Shown piece by piece: positions 23,463-35,600 of a stretch of 64,000 nt of DNA (position 1 is its first letter; the number at the start of each line of letters is the position of its first letter). The stretch lies in the NCBI RefSeq assembly GCF_009914755.1, contig NC_060947.1; one strand, given 5' to 3'. The DNA is from the human T2T-CHM13v2.0 reference genome, Homo sapiens. Both the position numbers and the translations under genes were made by a program. Under the pieces are notes generated by a model. That model searched no databases, was not told the origin of the DNA, and worked only from the letters and a program-made list of their open reading frames with translations.

Positions 23463-24821
23463 TTAAAAATTATACTTTTAGTTCTGAGATACATGTGTAG
23501 AACGTGCAGGTTTGTTACATAGGTATACATGTACCATGGTTGTTTGTTGCACCCATCAACCTGTCATCTACATTAGGTATTTCTCCTAATGCTATCCCTC
23601 CCCTAGCTCCCCACCCCCCGACAGGCCCAGTTTCCAGCTTCATCTATGCCCCTGCAAAAGACATGAACTTATCCTTTTTTATGGCTGCATAGTATTCCAT
23701 GGTATATATTTGCCATATTTTCCTTATCCAGTCTATCACTGATGGACATTTGAGTTGGTTGCAAGTCCTTGTTATTTTGAATAGTGCTGCAATAAACTTA
23801 CATGTGCATGTGTCTTTACAGTAGAATGATTTATAATCCTTTGGGTATTTGCCCAGTAATGGGATTGCTGGGTCAAATGGTATTTCTGGTTCTAGATCCT
23901 TGAGGAATTGCCACACTGTCTTCCACAATGGTTGAACTAATTTACACTTCCACCAATGGTGTAAAACCATTCCTGTTTCTCCACATCCTCTCCAGCATCT
24001 GTTGTTTCCTGACTTTTTAATGATTGCCATTCTAACCGGCATGATATGTCATCTCATTGTGGTTTTGATTTGCATTTCTCTAATGACCAGTGATAATGAG
24101 CTTTAATGGCCAGTGATAATGAGCTTTTTTCTCTTATGTCTGTTGGCCACATAAATGTCTTCTTTTGAGAGGTATCTTTTCATATTTTTCACCCACTTTT
24201 TGATGGGGTTGTATTTTTTTTTGTAAATTTGTTTAAATTCTTTGTAGATTCTGGGTATTAGTCATTTGTGAGATGGGTAGATTGCAAATATTTTCTCCCA
24301 TTCTGTAGGTTGCCTATTTACTCTGATGATAGTTTATTTTGCTGTGCAGAAGCTCTTTAGTTTAATTAGATCCCATTTGTCAATTTTTACTTCTGTTGCC
24401 ATTGCTTTTGGTGTTTTAGTCATGAAGTCTTTGCCCATGCCTACAAGCTACCTGACTTCAAACTATACTACAAGCTTATAGTAACCAAAACAGCATGGTA
24501 CTGGTAGCAAAACAGATATATAGACCAATGGAACAGAACAGATACCTCAGAAATAACACCACACATCTACACCCATCTGATCTTTGACAAACCTGCCAAA
24601 AACAAGCAACAGGGAAAGGATTCCCTATTTAATAAATGGTGTTGGAAAAACTGGCTAGCCATATGCAGAAAACTGAAACTGGATCCCTTCCTTACACCTT
24701 ATACAAAAATTAACTCAAGATGGATTAAAGACTTAAATGTAAGACCTAAAACCATAAAAACCCTAGAAGAAATCCTAGGCAATGCCATTCAGGACATAGG
24801 CATGGGCAAAGACTTCATGAT
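23463..24821 (-). mobile_element. L1PA7-like insertion with 5' inversion (minus 23463-24443, plus 24444-24820)
   Basis: Reverse L1PA 3' end, then strand switch at 24443/24444; degenerate TSD aagaacttgcttt (23450) / aagaaacagcttt (24823). Confidence 0.88.
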
Positions 24822-25867
24822 GAAGAAACAGCTTTTTATTTCATTTATGTTTTGTATTTTTTTATTTCAATTTCTTTTAGTTCTGATCTGATCTTTGTTA
24901 TGTATTTTCTTCTGCTGTGTTTGGATTTTTTTTCTTGTTTCCCTAGTTCCTTGATGTGTGAGTTTAGATTGCTTTTTTCTCTTTTAGACTTTTTGATGTA
25001 GACATTTAATGCTATGAACTTTCCTCTTAGTACCACTTTTGCTATATCTCAGAGGTTTTGATAGGTTGTATCACTATTATTGTTCAGTTCAAAGAACTTT
25101 TAAATTTCCATCTTGATTTCATTGTTGATGCAACAATCATTCAGGAGTAGATTATTTAATTACCAGGTATTTGCATAGTTTTGAAGATTTTTTTGGAGTT
25201 AATTTCCAATTTTATTTCACTCTGGTCTGAGAGAGTATTTGATACAATTTTAATTTTCTTAAATTTACTGAATCTTCTTTTGTGGCCTATCATAGGGTCT
25301 ATCTTGAAGATTCTTCTATGTGCTGATGAAAAGAATGTATATTCTGCAGTTTTTGGGTAGAATGTTCTGTAAATATCTGTTACGTTTGTTTTTTCTAAGG
25401 TAAAGTTTAAGCCTATTGTTTCTTTCTTGACATTCTGTCTTGATGACCTGTCTATTGCTGTCAGTGGAGTATTGAATTCCTCCATTATTATTTTGTTGCT
25501 ATCTCATTTCTTATGTCTAGTAATAATTGTTTTATAAGTTTGGGAGCTCTAGTGTTAGGTGCATGTATATTTGGGATTGTGATATTTTCCTGTTGGGCTT
25601 GTCCTTTTATTATTATATAATGTCTCTCTTTGTCTTTTTTTAACATTTTTGCTTTAAAGTTTGTTTTGTCTGATATACGAAGAGCCATTCCTGCTAACTT
25701 TTGGTTTTCCTTTGCATAAGATATCTTTTATTTACCCCTTCACCTTAAGTTTATGTGTATCTTTATGTGTTAGGCAAGTCTCTTGAGGACAGCAGATAAT
25801 TTGTTGGTGGATTTTTTTTTCCATTTTGCCATGCTGTGTCTTTTAAGTTAATCACTTAGGTCATTTA

Positions 25868-25913
25868 CTTGGTTGGTCCAAAATTAATTGCAGTTACTTT
25901 TGCAGCAACCTAA
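25868..25913. mobile_element. MADE1 mariner MITE, internally deleted
   Basis: ggttggtccaaaattaattgc / gcagttacttttgcagcaacctaa match the MADE1 TIRs; flanked by TA on both sides. Confidence 0.85.
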
Positions 25914-28900
25914 TACATTCAGCATTAGGATTGAGACGTGAGGTACTATCCCATTCATTGTGCTAGTCGTTGCCTGAATACCTTGCTTTATTTTCATTGT
26001 GTTATTGTTTTATAGGCCCTGTGAGATTTATGCTTGAAGTAAGTTCCATTTTGATGTATTTTGAGCTTTTGCTTCAAGATTTAGAACTCCTTTGTCATTT
26101 CTTGTAGTGCTGGCTTGATAGTGGTGAATTCTCTCAGCATTTGTCTGTCTGAAAACAACGTTATCTCTTTTTCATTTATGAAGCTTAGTTTCACTGGGTC
26201 CAAAATTTTTGTGTAATAATTATTTTGTATAAGGAGGCTAAAGATAGAACCCTAATCCTTTCTGACTTTTAGGGTTTCTGCCAAGAAATCTATAGTTAAT
26301 CTCATAGGTTTTCTTTTATAGGTTACCTAATGCTTTAGCCTCACAGATCTTAAGATTTTTTCCTTCATCTTGACTTTAGATAACCTGATGACTTTGTGCT
26401 TAGGTGATAATCTCTTTGTAATAAATTTCCTAGGGTTTTTTTTTTTGAGCTTCTTTAATTTGGATGTCTAGATCTCTAGCAAGGCCAGGGAAATTTTCCT
26501 CAATTATTCCTTAAAATAAGTTTCTAGACTTCTAGATTTCTCTTCTTCCTTGGGAGCACAAATTATTTTTATGTTTGGCCATTTTACCTAATTCTAAATT
26601 TCTTGGAGGCTTTGTTCATTTCTTTTATTCTTTATTTTTTGTCTTTGTCAGATTGGATTAATTCAAAAGTCTTAAGAAACAAAGTTTTAACAAAATCCTA
26701 GCAAACTGACTCCAACACCACATTTAAAAGATTATACACCATAATCAAGGGTGTTCTATATTAGGGATGCAAGGATGTTTCAACATACACAAAAAAATAC
26801 ATGTGACACATCACATCAACACAATGAAGGATAAAAATGATATAATTATCTCAGTTGGTTAATAAAAGGCATTTGATATAATTCAGCATCCCTTCATAAT
26901 GAAAAGTCTCAAACAAACTAAGTATAGAAGAAACATATCTCAAAATAATAAAGGTCATATACTACTAACCCAGAGTCAACATCATACTAAATAGGGAAAA
27001 GTTGAAAGCATTTTCCCTGACAACTGGAACAGGACAAGAATGCTCACTTTCACCACTACTATTCAACATAATACTGGAAGTCCTAGCCAGAACAAAAAGG
27101 GAAGAGAGGGAAAAAAAGGCATCCTAATTGGAAATCAGGAAGTGAAATCAACCCTGTTCCCTGATGATATGATCTTATAACTACAAAAACTTAAAGACTA
27201 CATCAAAAACTTCTTAGATTTTATAAATGAATTCAGTAAAGTTGCAAAATAAAATATCAATGTACAAAAATGGGTAATGTGTTTATACACCAATAATGAT
27301 CTAGCTCAGAACAAAAGAAAGAAGGCAAGCCCATTCACAATAGCTACAAATATATGAAATACCTAGGAATACATGTAACTAAGGAAGTAAAATATGTCTA
27401 GAAGGAGAACTACAAAACCCTGATAAAATCAATTGTAGATGACACAAACAGATAGAAAAATATCCCATGCTCATGGAATAAAAGAATTAACATTGTTAAA
27501 ATAACCATATTGCCCAAAGCCATCTAAAGATTCAATGCAATCTCTATCAAAATATCAGTATCATTTTTACAGAGTTAGAAAGAAATGTACAAAATTATAT
27601 ATGAAACAAAACAAAACAAAACAAAAAACCTGTATGGCCAAAGCAATCTTAAGCAAAAAGAACAGAGCTGAAGCATAATATTACCTGATTTCAAATTATA
27701 CTACAAAACTTCAAATTATCCTACAAGACTATAGTAACCAAAACATACCATACTACAAGACTTCAAATTATTCTACAAGACTGGAGTAACCAAAACAGCA
27801 TTGGTACTGGTATAAAAATAGGTTCATAGGCAAATAGAACAAAATAGATAATCCAGGAGTAAGGCCACACACCTACAACCCTCTGATCTTTGACAAAGTT
27901 GACAATAATAAGTAATGGAGAAAGGAATCTCTATTCAATAAATGGTGCTGGGATAACTGGCTCACTATGTGCAAAAGAATAAAACTGGATCCCTGTCTTT
28001 CACCATAGATAATATCAACTCAAAATAGATAAAGAAATTTTTAAGACTTGAAACTGTTAGTGTATACTGCAATAAAATCTATGGAAAATGTTATTGGATA
28101 TTTGCCTAGGCAAAGAATTAATGACTAAGACCTCAAAAGCAAGAGCAACGAAGTAAAAATAGACAAATGTGACTTAATTAAACAAAAAGCTTATACACAG
28201 CAACAAAATTAACCAACAGAGTGAAAAGAAAACCTACAGAATGGGAGAAACTATTTACAAAATATGCATCCAACAAAGGTCTAATATCTAGAATATACAA
28301 GGAACACAAACAACTCAACAATCACAAAACTTCAAATAGTCTCTTTAAAAAAGTGAGCTAAAGAGAGAAATAGACTTTTTTTTTTTGCAAAGAAAGACAT
28401 ACAAATGGCCAATGAGTATATGAAAAAATGTTCAACATTACTCATCATTAGTAATCCAAATTAAAGGTGCAATGAGATCTCATATTACCCCAGCCAGAAT
28501 GGCTACTATGAAAAAGTAAAAAAAAAAATACAGATATTGGTGAGGATGCAGAGATAAGGAACTCATACACTGTTCATGGGAATGTAAATTAGTACAACCT
28601 CAAGGAAAACAGTAAGCAGATTTTTCAAAGTGCTAAAATATAACTTCCATTTGATCTAACAGTCCACTACTATGTATCCATCCAAAGGAAAAAAGAGTCA
28701 TTATATCAGAAAGACACCAGCACTCATGTGTTTATTGCAGACCATTCACAGTAACAAAAATATGGAATCAACCTGTGTCTATCAATGGATAATATAATAA
28801 AGAAAATGTGGTGTATATACACAATGAAATATATAGCCATAAAAAGAATAAAATAATGTTTTTTGCAGCAACATTGATGGAACCAAAAGCCATGTTCTTA

Positions 28901-29588
28901 AGTAAAACTAGTCAGACATAGAAAGATAAATATCACATGTTCTCACTCATAATTGGGAGATAGGTAACGTATACACATGCATTAGACAATGGAGTCTTGG
29001 AAGGGTGAGCAAGTAGGAGAGGTGTGGATGATGAGAAATTACTTAATGGGCACAATATACATTATTTGGGTGATGTATGTCCTAAAAGCACTGACTACAC
29101 TGCTGTGCAATGCTTGCATAAAACAAAATTGCACTTACACACCATAAAATTATTTTGAAAAAAATATTACCATTGAATGCTTCTAATCAACCACTTATAA
29201 ATGTCACAAAGTGGAATGATTGTGTATATAATAATTTTAAATTTTTTTGTGTGTAGTAGCACATATAATAATATTGGCTGGTTGCTTCTAATCTCACTGG
29301 AAAGTGAGGAAAAAAAGGATAAGCTTTGAGATTAGAATTCCCAGGTGAAGTACCACATAAATGACCTGAAAACTTCTATGTGTCCCCGATGAAGACCCCT
29401 ATCTCTGGTAGCTGCAAGGGTGAGAGTGCTGAAAATTAAACCCAGAATCTCATTCTGTGACTGTCTGAATCACAACCTATGTTGAATTTCAAGTTTCAAA
29501 GGGCATCTACTGTTAAAGTGATGACACTGATTAGAAAAGAATGGGATACTGTAAGTCAGAATGGAGATGTGTGAGAAGACCCTGATAA

Positions 29589-29912
<324 letters not shown>

Positions 29913-29937
29913 CTAAATTCTAAGTCAGTCTTAGCTA

Positions 29938-30081
29938 GTGGAAGAGTTCTCACTCCCCCCAGGAGATGTGGCCTTCCCATTCTCACTGGAAGAAGTTTCC
30001 CCATCCCCAGTAGAAGTTGCTTACCTATCCTCAATGGTAGCAACTCCCCCATTCCCAGTGGCATCAGCCTCTCTACCTTTT
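29938..30081 (+). repeat. Six degenerate 24-nt tandem units within ERV-L gag
   Basis: In one frame: VEEFSLPP GDVAFPFS LEEVSPSP VEVAYLSS MVATPPFP VASASLPF. Confidence 0.7.
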
Positions 30082-32134
30082 CTGAAGAAACTAACCTCTA
30101 ATTGCTAGAGAAAATTGTAATGGTCTTCCCTGAGGCAATTGCTGTATGAGCGACACTGTTGAGTCTCTGCAGGACCCAGCTTTATTATACCTTTTTGTCT
30201 CTAGACCTATATAAAACTAGACTCAAGTCTCAAAAGATCCCTAAAGGTGAGATACAATGTGTGACCCCTGGGGAGATGCACTACTCTCCAAAATAACTAC
30301 CTGAGATTTCTGACTTATACAAGCAGAAATAGGGAAACATTTGGGAATTGATATTAGGGTTGTGGGATAATAGTGGAATAAACATTAACTTGGATCAGGC
30401 CACATTGATTGGTATGGGATCACTAAGCAGAAAATTTGCATTTAATGTTGCAGCTTGGGGAGTTAGAAAGGGCCTCTAACAGTTTTGTTGGTGGGCTGAA
30501 AGGTGGCCACAGTGAATAAGTTGGAAATACCAGACTTGTCTTGGTTTAACGGAGAGAAAGTGATTCAAAAGTTTAGGAGGATGGAAATATTAAAGTGAAT
30601 TTGTCATTTAAGACTCACAATAGAAATGTCCAGAAGACATGACATTTTACCAGTATTGTGAGAAATAAATTGTGAGGAGGGCCCCAGCAATTTTGATGAG
30701 CTCTGTGATTGCTCTTCTCTGTAGTCCAGACTTTACTGTGGGAACTGCAATCACTGAATTGTAAAACCTAAATGCAGTAGGAGTAATTGTATCCCAGGAT
30801 GGTAGTGGCCAAGTTGTGGCACTCGGCCACCAAAGGTAAGGTCAGTATGATTGTCATAGTGGATAGCAGAGTCAAAGCAGCAATCAGACTATTCTGACTC
30901 ATACAGACCTATGGCATTGGATAGTTAATTATGGTGTTCCTAGAAGTGAAATACATAGAGAACCTACTAAATTTTTACTTCATTTGTATTAGAAGAAAAG
31001 TTTTAGGTCTATTGAATAAAAGCCTAATCTGAACTATAGAAATAGATTTACTGTTTTTCAATTCCAATAATTGAGCCAGTGTATAGTCCCAGAACCCTTT
31101 TAATGAAGGGGAAACCAGATCTCCTTGAGAAAGGACTCTGGTACACTGACAAAAATGCATATTGTTAGTCTTTCTTCCAGCTTTCCCCAAGTGACCTATG
31201 GCCTTTTACCAGGGTAACTGTGTATTGGGGAAAAGGAAATAATGAGACCTTTGGGGAACTCTTCAACAGTGACTCTGAACTGGCAATAATTCCAGGATAC
31301 ACAAAATGTCACTCTGGCCTACCAGTGAAACTAAGGGCTTATGGAGTTCAGATGATAAGTAGATTTTTTGTTCTAGTGCATCTCACATTTGGCACAGTGG
31401 GCCCCTGAGACCATGCTGTGGTTATTTATGCACTTCCAGAGTGAACAATTGGAATAGATATACTCAGCTGCAGCAGAATCCCCACATTGGTTCCCTTATT
31501 TGTGGAGTGAGGGTTATTATGGTTGAAAGGCCAAATGAAAGCCACTAGACTGCCTTTATTTAGAAAAATAGTAAACCAAAAGCAATACTGCATTATTGTA
31601 GTGACTGCAGAGATTAATGCCATTAAATAATTAAAATATGCACGGGGAGTAATTTCCAGTACATCCTCGTTCAACTCTTCTATTTGGCCTGTGTGGAAGA
31701 CAGTTGCATCTTGAACAATAACAGTGGACTGTTGAAAGCTTAGCCAGAAAGTCAGCTCAATCACAGTACTGTACCAGATATGGTTTCATTGTTTGAGCAA
31801 ATTAACACATCCACTGTTACCTGGTATGGAAGTATTGATTTGAAAAATGCCTTTTTCACCGTCTCTCTGAATAAGGCCCACCAGGAGTGGTTTATTTTTA
31901 GCTGACAAGGCCAGAAATAACACTTTTACTCTCCTCAGTGGTATATCTATTCTCCAGCCCTATGTAACAATTTGATTTGCAGGGATCTAATCACCTTTTC
32001 CTTCCACAAAATATCACACTGTTCTATCGTATTGATGACATCATGCTGATTGGACCTAGTGAGCAAGAAGTAGCAACCACTCTAGACTTATTGGTAAGAT
32101 ATTTGTGTGTCAGAAGATAAAAAATAAAACCGCT

Positions 32135-32456
32135 ACCTTGAAATAGTAACTGTGGGGAAGCTAGTCACCTTGTGAGAAGTCAGTTTACCCTGAGTCTGCC
32201 ATTGTATAAAAAGTACAAGCTAGCCAGATAAAGAGACTATGTGTGGAGAAAAAGATATTTGACTAGTTCCCAGTTGTTACAGTCATCTCAGCTCTGGTGC
32301 CAGACATTGAGTAAAGACATCTTCGGATAACTTCACTCTCAGCAGCCATCTGATTACAACTATATGAGGTAGCTCAAGTGAGAACCACCCAGCTGAGCTC
32401 GTTAACCCCCAGAACCATGAAATAAAAATTGCTGAACTATTTAAAAATAAATAAAT
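32135..32456 (+). mobile_element. MLT1H/J-like LTR fragment with A-rich tail and TSD (retrocopy)
   Basis: cagccatctgattacaactatatgaggtagctcaagtgagaaccacccagctgagc...cccagaaccatga resembles old MLT1 LTRs; AATAAA 32421; tail from 32443; TSD 32120-32134 / 32457-32471. Confidence 0.7.
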
Positions 32457-32664
32457 AAAAATAAATCCGATGAACATTTAGGGGACTTGTCCTTAAGTGA
32501 AATTTCTAAGGGTCTAATGGTGTGGGGCATGTCAAGATATTCTATTTAAGATGAAGAATGAATTGTTGCATCTGGTCCCTCTAAAAACCAAAAAAGAGGC
32601 CACCTAGCGGATGGTCTGGATTCTGGAGGCAACATATACCTCATTTGAGTGTGTTATTTCCTGG

Positions 32665-35600
32665 ATTCTGGTAACCATACTGCTATTCTCTATCTCCGTC
32701 AGTTCAATTGTTTTGATTTTTAGATTGTTTTGATTTTTTTAAGATTTTTTAGATTTTTTTAGATTGTTTTTGATTTTAGATTGTTTTGATGTTTTGATTT
32801 TTAGATTGTGCAAATAAAGTAGAAGATGTGATGTTATTCTTCCAGAACTGGTTACTTCATTTAACATAATGACCGTCAGTTCCATCTATCTTGTTGCAAA
32901 AGAATCTCGTGGTTGAATAGTACTTCATTGCGTATAAGTATTACATTTTCCTTATCTCTTCATCTGTTGATGAACACTTAGGTTGCTTTCAAATATTGAC
33001 TATTGTGAACAGCGTTGCAAACACACATGGGAGTGCAGATATCCCTTTGATATAATGATTTCCTTTCTTTTGGGTATATGCCAGCAGTAGGATTGCAGGG
33101 TCATATGGTAGCTCTATTTTTATATTTCAAGGAACCTCCAAACTGTTTTCCATAGTGGTTGTACTAATTTACATTCCCATCAATAGTGTATAAGAATTCC
33201 CTTTTTTCCATATCTTCATCAGCATTTGTTATTACCTGTCTTTTGGATATAAGTGATTTTAACAGAGGTGAGATGATAATCTAGTTTTAGTTTTTATTCA
33301 CATTTCTCTGATGATCAATGATGTTGAGCACCCCTTCATATACCTGTTTGCCATTTGTATGTCTTCTTTTGAGAAATGTCTATTTAAATCTTTTCTCCAT
33401 TTTTAAAGCCGGTTAGATTTTTTTTATAGATTGGTTTGAACTACTCATATATTCTAGTTATTAATACCTTTCCTGATGAGTGGTTTGCAAATTTTTATTC
33501 TCATTCTGTGAGTTGTCTTTACTCTGTGTTGCTTGTTTCCTCTGTCGTGCAGAAGCTTTTTAACTTGGTATGATACCATTTGTCCATTGTTGTCTTGATT
33601 ACCTGTGCTTGCAGGGAACTACTCAAGAAATCTTGACTCACGCTGATGTCCTGGAGAGTTTCTCCAATGTTTTCTTGTAGCAGTTTCATAGTTTGAGGCT
33701 TTAAATTTCATTTTATGTCCATTTTTATTTGATTTTTGTATAAGAAAAGACATAAGGGTCAAGTATCATTCTTCTCCATATAGATATCCAGCTTTCCTAG
33801 CACCATTTATTGAAGAGACTGCCTTTTCCCAATGTATGTTCTTGGCATCTTTGTCAAAAAGGTGTATGTTCACTGTGGATGTGTGTATTTATTTCTGGGT
33901 TCTCTATTCTGTTCCATTTGTCTGTGTATCTGTTTCTATGCCAGCACCATGCTGTTTTTGTTGCTGTAGCTATGTGGTATAATTTGAGGTCAGGTAATGT
34001 GATTTCTCCAGTTTTGTTCTTTTTGCTCAAGATAACTTTGGCTATTCTGGGTTTTTTGTGATTATAAATACATTTAGGATTTTTAAAATATTTCTGTATA
34101 AAATGTCATTGGTTTCTTGATAGAGATTGCACTGAATCTGTAGACTGATTTGAGTAGACATTTTAAGAATATTGACCCTTGTAATTCAGAAACATGGACT
34201 ATCTTTCCACTTTTTTGTTGCTCTCTTCAATTTCTTTCATCAGTGTTGTATACTTTTCATTATAAAAATCTTCCACATCTTTGGTTAAGTCAGTTCCTAT
34301 ATGTTGATGTTTCTTTGTTGATTTTTGTGTGGAACATCTGTCCAATGCTGAAAGTGGGGTGTTAAAGTCTCCAGCTATTATTGTATCAGGGCCTATCTCT
34401 CTCTATCTCTGATAATATTTCATTTGTATAATCTAGGAGCTCCAGTGTTGGGTGCACACATATTTAAAATTGTTATGTCCATTTGCTGGATTGACCTCTT
34501 TATCATTATATAGTGATCTTCTTTTTCTCTTCTTATGGTTTTTGTCTTGAAGTCTATTTTGTATGATCTAAGTGTGGCTACTCCTGGTCTTTTTTGGTTT
34601 CCATTGCACGGAATATCTTTGTCCATCCATTTATTTTTAGTCTATATATATCTTTGTAGGTGAAGTATGATTCTTGTATGCAACAGATCATTTGTGAATC
34701 CATTCATCCACTGTCTTCTGATTGGAGAGTTTAATCTATTTACATTAATGTTACTATTAAAAAGAAAAGGCTTACTCCTGCCATCTTCTTATTATTTTGA
34801 TTGTCTTGCAGCCTTCTCTTCCTTGTTTACTTCCTGTCTTCCTTTTAGTGAAGGTGATATTCTCTGGTGGTATGCTTTCATTTTTTGCTTTTTATTTTTT
34901 GTGTATCCATTGTATGTTTTTCAATTTGAGTTTATCATGAGGCTTGCAAATACTATCTTAAAACCCATTATCAGCTGATAACAACTTAACACTGATTGCA
35001 TAAACAAAGAAACAAACACACAAAAGGTAAACTGATGAAAATGCAAGAGATAAACTTTGTCCCTCCACTTTAAAACTTATGGTTGTTTCTCTTTTTGTGC
35101 TGCCTATTTCTTGAAAAATCATAGTTATTATTTTTGATTGGTTTATCATTTAGTCTTTCTACTTAAGAGTAGTTTAAACACCATAATTACAGTGTTATAA
35201 TACTCTGTGTTTTTCTATCTGCTTACAATTCCCTGTGAGTTTTGTACTCTCAGATGATTTCTTATTACCCATTAACCACTTTTTTTTTTTTTTTTTTTTT
35301 TTTTAGGTTGCAGAACTCTCTTTAGCATTTCTTGTAAGACTGGTTTTATGTTTTATGTTCATAAATTTCCTCAGGTTTTGTTTGCCTGGGAAGGTCTTTA
35401 TTTCTCCTTTATGCTGAAAAACTATTTTCACCAAGTATACTATTCTCGGATAAAAGGTTTTTTTCCTTCAGTGCTTCAAATATGTCAGCCACTTTCTCCT
35501 GGCCCATAAATTTTCCACTGAAAAGTCTGCTGCCAGACATTGGAGCTCCAATTTGTGTTATTTTTTCCTTTTCTCTTGCTGAAGATCCTTTTTTAATCCT

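Noticed and set aside
29938-30081. CRISPR-like repeat array
   Set aside because: Adjacent degenerate units without spacers, in eukaryotic retroviral gag; no cas genes.
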